A stretch of DNA of 64,000 nucleotides, from contig JAYWIR010000006.1 of NCBI GenBank assembly GCA_036172245.1, positions 806,001 through 870,000 of the forward strand, written 5' to 3'. The translations under genes and the position numbers were made by a program. This stretch comes from Raillietiella orientalis. Its lineage: Eukaryota. The notes under the pieces are model-generated. The model was not told where the DNA came from and did no database searches. It saw nothing but the letters and a program-made list of their open reading frames with translations. Of the stretch, positions 1 through 13,159 are shown piece after piece (the first letter of the stretch is position 1; every line of letters begins with the position of its first letter).

Positions 1-3000
1 GGTACCGGTCATGCCCGATTGCACGGAGTCGACATTTCGCGCGTTGCCACCTGCACGTTTCCTTACGCTCTTATGGCTGGTTGCCACTGCCACCGGCGAG
101 ATTGTCACCCTTCCGTCTCGTGTCTTTCGCGTCGAATGATCGCGTAAGAGCGCTCGCCACGGGCCGCAATTCCAAAACAGTCAGCGGCGATCATTGGACC
201 GCTTGGTTTCCTCCCGTCTGCAGCTGCTCGTGCAGGAAAAGCGCTGGATCACCTCTCGGAGTTCCGCCATGATGCGTGATGAGCACCGCGTTCCACCAAG
301 GGAGCACGTAAACTGCTGCCAGGTGTGGAGCCCAGGCTGATCTGTGATTTCCTCCGAACAGCTGAGATGGACGGAGGAGGAGGCCGCAGCCATCGCTCAG
401 TAGCATTGGAAATTAATAAGCCCAGAGCTTGGTGACTGATAGCTACGGGCATGATCTCCCTCACATCCGTGGATTCATGAATCAAAGAACTCTCAAGAGG
501 ATTCCTTGTTACTGGCGTTTGGCATCCTGGAGGAAATCAGTTGTGACATGATGCTTCGATTGAAGCAGAACTGACTAACTGAGCTCCTCCCTTCTTCGAA
601 AGTGCCCAGAGGGGGATGCTGCAAACCATCACTCACCCTAGAAAGAGGCATTGGCTCCGCGTGTGAAGTGCGTACACCTCTATCGGGGCGTCCACATCGG
701 GAGTGCGTTGGACGGCCCTCCACTTTGGATCCTTTCCTTACAGGCGCGTTTCCGAATCTGGAAGATTGTCCCTGTCAGCATCTGTGGCGCCCACGCCGGT
801 GCATTGCTTTGGTTTTCTTTCGGAATGAATCTCGGACTGGACCGAAAATAGACCATTTCGGTTAGTTTTCTGAATAGAAGGGGAACGTTGGAACCATTTC
901 GGAAACAGCCATAGGAACAGCAATGGAAGCATAAGGAACTATTTTGACTTGGTTATTAATCCCCTTAGGCGTCCTTGAATTTCAAATAAACTGACAAGTG
1001 ATCTCTGCAGAGAGACGTTTTTGTTCTTTTAATCCTTCGATACACACACACACACAAAAAAAGGCAGAGAATTTCAGGAATTTCCTCCTCCTACCAATGC
1101 TGCCGTCACTGCAAGCACCGTCATGAGATTCTTTCTCCTGAAACTACCTCGGTGCATTTAAAACTCAAAGAAAAATGAAAATAAATGACTGACATTTAAA
1201 ACTGTAATGGCGAACATTAAGAAATGAAGAACCCTTTGGGCACTTAGCTGATTAGAATTTCAGTCAGAGACTCCCGTTCCCCCAGAATGAGGAATTCTGC
1301 TTTTCCCATCCATTCAACTTTTTCTTGAGTCAAGAAATGGTGCAGCGGGCTCGCGGGACGCTGGACCGGCATAGCTGTTCGAAACCGTGTGCAATGAGCT
1401 CGCACCCATGCATCTTATGACGCTGAGCACGGTCCATCCGGAGAGCCAAATTTCATGCCTTCCCCCCTGATGCCCCCAAGCCTTGAGGAAACCCAGAGTC
1501 ATACGTCTTTCCTTTCATCCTATAAAATTAGCGTGTTCTTGGCAACCCCACGGAGCTAACGGGAAAGCATGCGTTCCAGCTGACCTTACCTGCGCAAGCG
1601 TCTATCTTTCAGTCCTCCACTCGCAAACCCTTTATAGATTCCGCGTCCAAACATCCGATCAACTTCAGCTGTTTTGCAAGGAAAATCACGTAATACAAAA
1701 GCTCCTTTCAAATTCATTGAGGTGGCGGATTCTATTCCAGAAACACATCGTGGGGACTTGTGACGTCGGCACATTCCTCCAAGAGTGGTGTGCCACGTTG
1801 AGCAAGGCGAGTTTCTGTAGCTTTTCTAGTGGTTCGACCTCTCTTTCGGGGAGTGTGCCTCTTTATGTATTAATAGGTTCGTAAGCAACCGTTGATGGGA
1901 TAACGCTGAAGAGGCTGACAACCCACGCAACGTAATTAAGTTTGAATATTTCCTCTTCGTCACGCCTTCATCATCAAATATTTCGAAGCTTTAAGACGGT
2001 GCATCCTCCTACTTCTGCTTAGCTTGCCCTGTGCCTTTCCAGACAAGATGGTGAGTGTGCGATGACGCGTGCAAGCGGGGTTGCAGCTTCCACCCGGTCT
2101 TCCGTCAATGTAAAGGCACAGGATGAGCGGCTTTCATTGAAAATCTTCGTGTCCAAAGGTTCGAAGATTTTCTTTTGGTTCTCGTGCTTCCTTATGAGGA
2201 AAGAAAGTCTCTCTATCTTCGCAAGGCTGGAAAGCGAGCCTAGAAGAGTTTCCTCTCATAATTATCAGTGCTCCGTTAATTTCTACGAATGAACGGATCC
2301 AAACCAAGGCATCCTTCAGATTGGAATCAACCAGAACGAAGAATAAGCATTCATCGGGGTCACCACGGTCTTTTTGGTATCATTTTGAAATTGGTTTCCA
2401 TTGACTTCGAGGCTGCATTCTTTTCTCCGTCACCGTTTATTTTAATGTACATCATCATCTAAGAAAGTCAGTGTGATGGGCTTTTGAGTGCGCGTTGCGC
2501 GACACACAAACCGAAGAAAAAGAGGAAAAACATGAATTCAATAAGGAAACACCATCGGCGCGCATTTTCCTTCTGAGGATGAAGACTTGCACCGTTACGC
2601 TGGAGAACCAGTGCGCCATCGAAAGCAGTGCCTGGATGGAATTTCAAACTAGAAAAAAAAAATGCCTGTAAAAAACTCTCCCTATTCATGAGTCTAGGAG
2701 AACCCTGAAGGCTTTCTAGATTATGCTTGGATGCATCGTATGGCTTCTTTCTTCAGCATCATTAGAAAATACGCCAGCGCGCTCCAATTCTCCATTGATT
2801 TGGGAACTGCTTCACCAAGGCTCCATTTGTGAAGATTTGACACCTACCGATGCCTGCAGCTCTTCGAAGGAAGATGCTCGAAAACCCAGTATGTGATATC
2901 CTGGTAAAGAGGAATCAGTTTCTTTACTTCGCCTTGGAGTTCTTTTTCAGTGGAGCACACTCCATAAAACAACCGTGTACAGAGATCGGATGGCAACAAC

Positions 3001-6000
3001 GACTTTGGGCAGACACCCACACGATTTTCTTCCTCAATCCCATGCTTTTTTTCATTCTGAGGAATCTGCTCCCTTGTCTACGCCTAGGAGCGTCACTTTG
3101 AGATTTGACTTTGGTGGCGTCCTTGACGTGTTCTTCACGTTCTGCAACGGAAGTTCGCCCAGTGGTGGCGTATGCAATCGAAGTGTTCTGTGTCTCGTCC
3201 AAGTGTGTGTGTGTCCCAAGTCCTCACAGATTTGTACAAACTCAGGTAACCGTTGGGGATCTAGCTGACCAAACCGAAAATGCGCGTGTTAGCGTTCCCA
3301 TATTCACTTCCTGTTTCGTCTTCCTGCCCTCTTCAACAGCGCCCTTTTCCATCATCCTCGTTTGTCCCTGACACTTGAAAATTGCTCGCTAACCATGTGG
3401 CTGGATGTCTAAGGGGTGGAAGAACCCAGCATGGTCCTCATGCTTCCCTCTGCGAGAGGACTGACCTGTCCGAGACGTCCTCCTCTCCGCATTCGACAGT
3501 TTCCACCTGCAGCACCAAGGTTCCAAAGATGACTCGCCTGTGTCCTGAACAGTCTCTTAAAGCTCCCTCACGGATTCTTTTAGTGGCTCCACTCAGGCAA
3601 AGGAAATTCCGAAATCTGCTCGTTTGTTCGAACCCCAAGAATCTGTTCAAGGACATTCAAGCTCATCGGGCACTGTGTGGCGGCGCCGATTTCCGCTTAC
3701 GAGTAGCGCGTGGAGCGCGTGGAAGGGCTGCCGAACGTGGTGATACCTGAGAGAAGCGCCAGCGGCCAGATGACGCTGTTATGAATTCGTGATGATCAAG
3801 CAGCGCTCAAAAGTACCCCTGGAGGACGTTTTGCTTCCCATGATCGCATCTCTCCCTCCCTCTTTCATCCAGGCTACAAGCTCCCGTCTGTTGCTTTCAC
3901 ATGGATCTGATGATGTACTTTGGAGTTTATTAATGGGTGCAATTTCTCCGTTAGAATATAAACCTTAAGGGACTTTCGCTTCCATAAGGGGAATCTTGGT
4001 CGATGGAGATTCAGGAAAATCTCGACCGGGAACCCCAGATCGATCTCCTCTTTGGTCTCTCCCTGCATATTTAAAACGCTTCTTGCCACTCGCGACCTAC
4101 GCGGTAACGGCCGCCAACGCGGGTAATATACTGGCCACAGGGGAGGTGACCCACCAGAGGCTGGGAGGCTGGTGGTGTTCAAGGACGATGCTCTCCTTCA
4201 AATCCAGGGAGAAGCAGGATTCAGCTTCGAGGCGCACTGATGGACACTCTGCTCTCCATGATCCGAACCTTGCCGTCTTTTGTAAACGCCGCATGAGGCG
4301 CGTTCCGCAAGGGATTTTCCGGAGCTTCGAGAATTCCAGGATCCTCGAGTCCTGAATTCTCGTAGTCCGAAACTTCCTGATACTCCCCCTGCTTCCCTCC
4401 ACTGCGCACGCGCAAAGCCATCATTGAAAAATGATTCATTCTTCTCCTTAGGGGCAACTCCTGTTTATGACGAAGTCACCCGTTTCGTGTTTCGATCCCA
4501 AATAAAACGATCTCATGACCACGCGCACCCTTTGCGAGAGAAGTGGAAGGGAAAGGGAGGGGCGAAACTAAGGTAAAGCACATTTCGGTCCGAATGGCCA
4601 AGCCTTGTAACAACACCAGACATGCCGGTGCTTTCAGTTCTGGTGCATTCTCCTTGAAAGAGAAAACAGGGGAAGTGGGGGGAGGGGAAGAACTTCCATT
4701 GATGTGATCTCAACAGCCAGCTCCAAGCTGTAGAAGATCGGCTCAACAGGGCCTCTGGGCAGTCCACTGGACGGGGCAGCATCTTTAGAAACCCCAAAGA
4801 GGCAGAGGCAGAGACAGAGAAAGTCGGATCTCAGCAAATAAGTGTTGAATTCTTCTACCTGAGAATGAGCTATTGAGATCGGAAATGAAGCCCAACAGCG
4901 GTCCTCTGGAATCACCCTGAGTACTCAATAAGAGGGTGACAATTCTCTTGGAGGAGTCGGGATTCTTCCGAGACTTAATGCTATCCAAGAACATGGGCGT
5001 AGGAATTCATTTTCGATCAGAAACTCTATAAGAAGGGTCAAGAAACAACTTTCTTTTCGTCCGTGACCTCGAATCTTACGATCTAGCCCTCGGGTGGGTG
5101 GAACAAGACACCTCAGGGAGGCGGCTTTCCTATCCCGCTGCCAATGGAACGGGATGAAGATCGCGAAATGCACACTGCAACGAGACTCGGATTTGCGCAC
5201 CTTTGGAGCAGAGAGAAATCTTTGCAGCTTTCCTGCCTTCAGGAAAGCTGCAAGAGGTCCACTAGGTAGGTGGTAGTTGCCGCTAGTTCGTTCGGAGGAA
5301 GGAGGAGGATGGCATCAAGAACTTTGTGCCGTAGACTCAACTGAAGAGTATTGAGCACAAGTTGCCTGATTGCCAGCGGGCCTGTCTCCTACCACAAAGT
5401 GACCACGGAAAGAGAGGCCCCGTCTTCCCTTGTAAAGAAGCACGCCTCCTTTTGAAAGAGAACATCTTTTCGTTACCTTGACTTTCGGCAAGGCGAGCAA
5501 AGAGGTGATCTTTTCTTGGCTCGAAGAAAAAAGGTTTTCTTTTTTTTTTTTCGATACACAAGAGGGGGAATCGTCCGCCGATTTCCAGCTAAAGGCACTA
5601 TTTCCAATGTTTCTTTCACAATGTCCTTTCACAGTGTTCTTCCCAATGGCGCCCCGTTTCCCAGGAAATGTCCTCGCATGCTGCTTTGATGTTTGGAAGT
5701 TTTTAACAAGAGCTTGTCTGCCGCCTTAGGTGATTGTCCAGCAGGCTCGGATACCCCTCCCGTCCCCCAGCCCTGTTGTGGGAGCACGCATCTCCCGGGA
5801 GAAGCCATGTGCCAACACAACTTGGTCCCAGCTGCCAATGAGCATTTCCATCCAAGCTGGCGCTGACGGAGCCAGTGTTGGCTTTGCATTCCAGAGTTCG
5901 AGGAGGTGTCGCAGATGTGAATCTCCATCGAACGATCGAAATTGCGCCTCTGCAACCGGATGGATCGATCTGCGACGCTGCCGAATTCATGTGGACAGCA

Positions 6001-7897
6001 TCCCCAGACCTGAGAGAAAGAGGTTGCGAAAGAAGGGATGAGCAACAGGCTAGAGGTTTGTTAAGTCAGCCAGTCCTTTCACTTGTGCTGATTTCACCCG
6101 TTGCTTAGAAATCTTATTAAGCAACCCCATCGAGATTAAGCGACATATTATTGGCATAATGAACAAAAGAAAGCTTCGGGCCTGAAGCCCCACCAATCTA
6201 CCAGTGTCCCCAAATTACTCAAGTATCAGACCTGCTTTCAGTTAAGAAAACCAAGTTGGTTCGGGATTCTGAGTAGAAGCCGCAGGCGAATTCTGGGATT
6301 CTCGAACAAGACTGCGACCCTGTGACTGAAAACCTGAAGAGATGACCTGAAACTTTCGCTCCAAACGAGAGAGAATCCAAGTGCGGTTTCAATATCAGCG
6401 GAAGAGTTGCCGTTCCTAGTTTGGGTTTTTTTGAATCCGCCTAGAATGTGACCGCAGAATGGCAAGCTGGCTGGAATGCCAGCGAGAGGAATCAATCCCG
6501 CAGAAGAACTGGCTCCCAAATCAATCTACTTTTGAAGAAAAAAAAAAAACTGGAGAAGTAACTTGCGAAGAGAAGAAATATTCTACATGTGTGGAAAACC
6601 CGTCTGACAGGTGGTTGGCTGCACGTAAACCCCCCGTGCGATGCTGAGGTTAAGCCTACCCCTGTACCACGCCTCTGCAGTTGTCCTTCGCAACGGGAAG
6701 GCATCTTAGTGATTCCAGCATCTCCTCAGTGTTATGATGGATATCATGTGCATGTAAGAGTTCGCAGACAATGAGTAGGTGAGCCACGAGAAAGAGCGCG
6801 ACACGCACAGAAGGGAAAGCATCCAGGGAACGGCAACTCGAAAGTTTACTCTCACCCGAAAAGAAAGAAGCAAAGGAAAGCACAAAGTAGCTCGGAATGA
6901 TCAGCATTCGAAAATGACGTCTGGAACAAGAAATATGTGCACGGAGGAGAACGTCTCGAAGGAAGGGGTCCGTAACTTGCTGGAAAAGCATGTACGCGCG
7001 TGCATTTCTCAACGATTGCAGAAGAGACAGTTGCATCACCTGATTTCAAAGATGCATCGGAATTTTCAATGTCGCCCCCCATCTCAGCGATGACGTTCGT
7101 AGCAGCACGCATGGGTGAAAGAGGATCGAGGTGTCCTGAGAATCATCGGCAGCAGCGTGGTGCTTTTCATACTGAGCGTTGCCAACATCCAATGCTGTGT
7201 CGGAACCGGAAACAGATATACAGTACACACAATGACAACAGAGAGTGATTAGAGACATAAAGGATATTGACTCGACGACAAAAAAGGAAAACGCACGTTT
7301 TCGTACAAGAACGCAGAGCTGAACTTGACGAAAAGGGCAATCAGCTACAACAGCTCTCACAGAAAAGACTGGTGAGGTCAAATGCAAATATAAAATGTGG
7401 TCAAACTGCTCTCTGGAAGGGTACTTTAAGATTCCTCAGTACGAAAGAGGAAGGTCGGAGTAAGCGACTCATGAAACTGGCCGGCTTTGACTAATTGATG
7501 AACCACTTTTTCGAAGAATGTCAACTGACCTCTAGATCGCTCGCTGGATAGGGAAATTCAACGAGCAATCCATTGATAATGAGATCCGTTCATCCAGCCT
7601 CCGTTGATAAGAACCAAAACCGTCATCAAAGGACAGGAAATGTTTTTCAGGTCGTCCATCTGTTTTCTTACTTAACACGGATGACCAAGACCACATGAAA
7701 AAATACGCTTGGGACTATTCACAACGGCGCACGAGTCACTCCGCCCGCTCAGCTTCCAGATTCCCATCCACCTGCACCCATCCATTGCAGTTGCAGTTCA
7801 TAGGTGGCACAATGAACCACGGAATTAAAGTGATTCCAGTAGCCCTTTACGAGTGTAGGTTCAACAACAACATGAACACTCAAAAGAATACACATGG

Positions 7898-7924
7898 AAT
7901 AATAATAATAATAATAATAATAAT
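7898..7924. repeat. (AAT)9 microsatellite
   Basis: Directly visible. Confidence 0.95.
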
Positions 7925-10900
7925 GGAAATTCAATAAAAAGCTCTTTACATCAGGCAATCGTCTTATGGGTTGCAGTGAAACAGCAGCACGGTTTACTTT
8001 GTGTCATCTGTTAATATGTGCTTACTTTCTCACAAGATGTGAATCGAATCCTACAAATGACCAGACTGGAGAGAGGAAACCACCGGAGTAATCCGGGCAC
8101 GCAGCTCTCAAGACCGCTCACAAATGCTAGAGTTGAAAAAAAAAACAAAAACAAAGAAACACCTAATGATCAATGACTGGAAGCATTTTCGAGAAATCCA
8201 GGTTGATAGGTTGAAACGTGATTCACAAAAGAGTACTGATCATATTTCTCGAGTCAAGATTTCTCAGATAGGGATTCACGGAGCTGCTGAATCTGAATGT
8301 TGCTGCGCTCTGGAGCGCCACTCGTTCTCCAAAAAAGCTGAAACCCAACATCAAGCAACACTTTTCCTTTGGGCACACTGCGGTGAAAATTCAGGTCGTT
8401 TTGCCGAAGGCCTTTCTCTGCAATCCAGAAAGTCAGCGACGATAAAAGTTGCAGCCATCGATCAATTTCATCTCTGCCTCTCTCTGTTTTTGTATCTTCT
8501 GACTTCACTTTGCTTCACCGGTCTCACTTTGATCGGATTCATAATTTTCTACAAAGCTTGCATTGTCTGGAGACTTGCAGTTTGTTCCTTTGTTCCCATT
8601 CTACCGCGTTGGTGCCTTCTATTTAGTGGTGCCCCCTCCCCCCGCCAGAAGTCTTCAGCATTCTCGATATACCTTTTTATTATGATTTGTGTTGTTTAAA
8701 TGGAATTGTTTCGCTCAGACTGGGTAATGAGGCATTCCATTGAACACTTGAGGTCACAAGAACACAGGAACAGTTCTTTGGGGATCAACGAACAAAACAA
8801 CAAAAAAAAAAAAAACAAAGGAAAATTCATCCAACGTTGTGCAAGAGTAATTGTATAATTGAACTGCGTTATCATGAACGGAGAGGATCCGTATAATAAT
8901 CCTGGCAAACACAAGGTTCTGGGAATTGAACGGATCGTTCAAAATTTTCTTGTCGGTTCGAGTTTTTCCCCTTCTTTTCGACGACTCCTTTTAAGAACCA
9001 AGCATAATGAGACTGCAAAAATGCAAGGATGCTGCGTCCAAAATCGTGATTGCCATTCTGAAAGAATACTCCCGAATACGAAAGATACACCCCGAAATTC
9101 TTGGGTTCTGATGCTTCGTGTGTTCTCAGTGAACGGTTGCCACCAAAAGGACCGAACCCGGAAAACGTTGCTTTCGCCGCACGTCAGAGTTACCATAGCC
9201 CTCCGCCTCCTGCATCCCAATCGGATTCTGGACACGGTGAAAACAGGAAAGCCACCCTCTTCGGCATCTCGCAGAAAGCGCCTCCACTTCGACGCAGGCT
9301 GAGGATCGGATTCCACGTCTTTGATCCCGCGGTGAAGCCACTGGTGCTGTTACGCAAAGATGTTCCCCACCGTACGCATCTCGCGAAGGTCACTGCGTCT
9401 CCCACACGGATGAAGGGTAGCTGATCTTTTGCGTAGTGGTCGAAATGAGCAGATGTTGTATAAATGATAACGGAACACTTCGAAACGAACGTGGTTGCGC
9501 ACAGCTTCCTTCTCCCATACAAAATTTCTTCCTGTGGTGCGTTCCCTCTTTTGCCTGCGCACAATATTCGTTGATTACCACGAACGAAAGCGGATTGCCC
9601 AATCTTTCTCCATTCTTCTACGTACAATAACGCGAAGGAACGAGCAGGAAGCAAAAGAGGAAAGGATGGTTAGCAGGAGACGAGAAGGAAACAAGAGGAC
9701 TCTTTGTCTTGCCTTGTCTAATCGAACAGACAACCAAAATACGATACAAGATAGTGGAGCTTGAGAACCTTAGGGGCATTGGTGTTTCGTAATGACAGTC
9801 AACGATGATTCTCTGTGTAGAACTCAGGTGTGGATGTCAGTCATCAGAAAGTAGGACACTTTTTTTCAAGTAACAGTGATTTCTTCTTAGCTGACCCTTC
9901 AATGGTCTATGGCAAACAACCTAAATGGTGTTACACTAATGCCATTGATTTGTATTTATTTGTGATACGCTGGCTGCAAGACGCAAGGCGGTTCGTCAGG
10001 AAAGGTGCAGATGTAAAAAGATGTGCTCAATTGCTCCATTGCGGATTCCCTCAAGGCAAATGGTATTTTCAGGAAGCCTCCTCCTCTGTAGATCAAGAAC
10101 CATGGTGGTTTGTTTTCAGTCTTTTCTCGGGAGCACAGAGCTCACCAAAACAAAACAAGGACGTGGATGAGGGACAAAGAAGCTAAAACGAGAGATTACT
10201 TTCCAAGATGCACAATCCTTTTGCCGTGAATCTCATCCAAAAATATTGCCACAGAATTAAACATAAATGAGAGTAATCTCCATCGAGTTTCATGTCCGCG
10301 TTTGGGGGATTTGGTGGAGGGATCATCAACACAAGTGGTGGTTGTTTCAGTTGTTTGCAAATGATCAGCAATAGCATCAATGACGGAAACTCAATCCGAT
10401 CTTTGCCGCTCAATTCTTCTAAGGGATGGAATGAGAGGTTCCCTTCGGGCGATGCGCTCGTAAGGAATTTGAAGCTCCGCAAGGGGAAAACTGTCAAAAC
10501 TGAAGTATAAATTCGAGCGGAGGGAAAAATAACATAAGGTTACAATCGAAACATCTTAACCCAACGAACACACCCATCATCATCATGTAGAGTTACTTCT
10601 TAAGGACAAACAAAGGAAAGAGCCTTCAACTTTCATAAAGCGCGTGTTCCTTAAGATTGCTTGTGAGGCTCAGTGAAGTCGGCAAAACAGCTGTTCGCCA
10701 GCTGATTTGAAGGATAAGGTTTTTTTTTGACGAAGAAGCTGAGGGAGCCAACTGATTGACGAAAATCAGCTTTTCGGTTGCCACACACTATGAAATCAAC
10801 TGACTGCTGATATCAGTGCACTGCTTCAGTGAGTTCGTAGGCCAAAGAAAGAGTATGAGTAGGACCACTCTTTCTTTAAGCAAAACTGTTTTGTATTTCA

Positions 10901-11796
10901 AATCATTCCAGACGAATCGAATTTTTCCTGACCACGAAGTTTTCGTATGCCATTTCCATCTGCTTCGGAACAGCATCTGAAAACATCCCGAATTTTCACG
11001 ACTCTGCCTTTTCCAATCATCAGGGAATTTTGAGCTGTTTTGCCAAGCAGCACACTAGTAATCAGGATCTTTCGGCGCGTTATGGGGAATCCTTACCTCA
11101 CCTTGGGAATCCAAGGTGTATTTCTCATTTCTGAGCTCAATGGAAAATAGCTCTGGCTTCCCACTTTTCATTTCCACTTTTCAGGTCCGATTTTCCACCC
11201 ACCTTGAAACTTCAACGTCCTGAATAATTGCCTTCGTTCGTCATTTCTTTAGGCTTTCCCTTAGCGCCTTTTGCAATCATCGAAAATCACAAAGTGTGTG
11301 CGACCAGCAACTATAGCGAATCAACATTAATTTGATTTAATAATTATCAAAATTGCAACATGCAGCTGCTAAAATACACTCGGAGGCAAACGCGACCCGT
11401 GGTTTCTGGCGCCTCTTGGAAAGAAATAATTTAGAATGGTAGCATTAATAACAAATTAATAAGCGTGCCCGTTGTTGCTGACCTTATATTTTTCTTGTGA
11501 TTGCACCGAATTCATTCACGATTATTCCCTTAAATAGAACTTTCTACGGACGGACAACGTTTGCACGCCAAAGTGATTTTCTTCCTATGAAAATGACGAC
11601 GGAGAGGCTTATCAGAAGATCTCATGCAACTCCTTATCTTCATACTTAGACGATGGACTAGATATGAAATATAGATAGGTAGAAGGATATGAAAAGCTGG
11701 GAAACTGTTTCCGCATGTCCACCTCTTTTCCCTCCTTGGTACCTCCTCGTTCAATAAGAATAACTACTCTCTGTCTTCGGCTTGTCGAAACACGCC

Positions 11797-11815
11797 ACTA
11801 GAAGAGTTCAGGGAG
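11797..11815 (+). repeat. Target-site duplication, left copy (ACTAGAAGAGTTCAGGGAG)
   Basis: 18/19 identical to 12414-12432. Confidence 0.85.
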
Positions 11816-12413
11816 ATCTCACTGGACGAGGGGGGCAGCGGACCCGAATTGTGTCAGGTGCGGGGTACGGGAATCCCTCCCGCACCTGCTTGCTGACTGT
11901 GTTGCCCTCCGGCCCCTGTGGTTGCGCTTTGCAACGGCCCTAGGTGCACCCTTGAACGCTCCCAGAGACGTGATCAAGCGTTTCTTTGTGCGCGACGCCC
12001 TTTCGCCTGCCGCAGCCCTTTGCTGCCTACGTGGGATTGTGGTAGCCTGGAGCAACGCCACTGGTGGACAGCACGATAGGGACGCCATCCGCTCCGCCCT
12101 GCGCTTCCTGAGGATGGCAGCCGGATGGTCCCATCTGGGACGCATACGGATGGAGCTTGCCGGCATCCTGGAAAAGACGTAGAGGACAGTGGAACGTGAT
12201 CCCTTCCCCAGCCCGCAACCTGGTTTTGTAAATAGGGTTTTCTTGATTTTTCTTTTTGTTTGCCCCCTCCCCCTCCGCTGCCTAGTCCAACCTCGCCGGC
12301 CTGCGCGCCGGAGACTCGGCGAGCTCCGAACACTTTCGGACGCTTTAGGGCCCATGGCCCTACACATGTTTGCTTGTTGTTACAATAAACGCCCTGGCGC
12401 ACCCGGGTGTGGT
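11816..12413 (+). mobile_element. 5'-truncated non-LTR retrotransposon (L1/Tx1-like): end of ORF2 with CCHC zinc knuckle plus 3' UTR
   Basis: Open frame from the 5' junction to TAG at 12180-12182 encodes HWTRGAADPNCVRCGVRESLPHLLADCVALRPLW (C-x2-C-x7-H-x4-C with E and downstream W, zf-RVT type). The 3' UTR has AATAAA at 12384-12389. The element is flanked by a 19-bp direct repeat and is GC-rich within AT-richer flanks. Confidence 0.85.
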
Positions 12414-12432
12414 ACTAGAAGAGGTCAGGGAG
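12414..12432 (+). repeat. Target-site duplication, right copy (ACTAGAAGAGGTCAGGGAG)
   Basis: 18/19 identical to 11797-11815. Confidence 0.85.
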
Positions 12433-13032
12433 TTTCATTTGCTGCTCTTTGAGGTTAAATGAATCCATTTACAAGTTCATTTCTCTAATGCTGTGAATAA
12501 AGCAAACACCTTTGCGAGGTTATCCCCACAAGAAATGTAGAATCTTTATGAATTCTATCGTACCGGTTAGATTTCTCAATATGTGCCCTTCGATTCCACC
12601 ATTCACCCTTATCAGATAGTGCTTGGCAGTGTTTGTGAAGTTTCTCAGCTAGCCAACTTTTGCTAAAACTAAATACACATTGAACACTTCACTCCCGAGT
12701 TTCTTATTCTCGAAGCTATCCTACCCTCAGAAACCCAAGCTAAGTGGAAAAAATTTTCGCTCATTCAATAAACGGCAATGTATTTTACTCCGTGGCCATC
12801 CATTACTGTAAGACATAAATATCAAGAATAAATATCAAGGTGGATTGACTCGACGCTCCGTGAAACTTTTATAAGATCTGAAACCTGGATTCTCTCGCGG
12901 CCCACGAGCATCCCATTCTCTGCTACTTGTGTTTTTCGGCCCTAACTCCTTCATAGGGGAAGGATCTCCGGAAATGGACATCACCTCCACCCACCCTGGT
13001 CGTCTCCGAAGGGGAATCCAATCCTTATTCTT

Positions 13033-13159
13033 TCCGAAGAGACCCTTGGAGGGGTCCGCTCCCGTTTTTCGCTCCTCTGAAGAGAACCTCGAAGGGACTC
13101 TTCCGAAATTCAGAAGGGGCGCTGCTTCCCCGAAGGGATCGGCTCGCTTCTCTGCACTC
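13033..13159 (+). repeat. Degenerate dispersed repeat, similar to 27445-27526 and 38881-38932
   Basis: CTCTTCCGA...GGGGCGCT..CCCCGAAGGGA-CGG--CGCTTCT...CACTC shared with 27479-27526. Confidence 0.55.

Noticed and set aside
9370..9490. Minus-strand peptide KDQLPFIRVGDAVTFAR resembling the POT1 OB-fold motif LP-I--GD-V-F-R
   Set aside because: Upstream spacing does not fit, no flanking exons or splice sites found; probably coincidence
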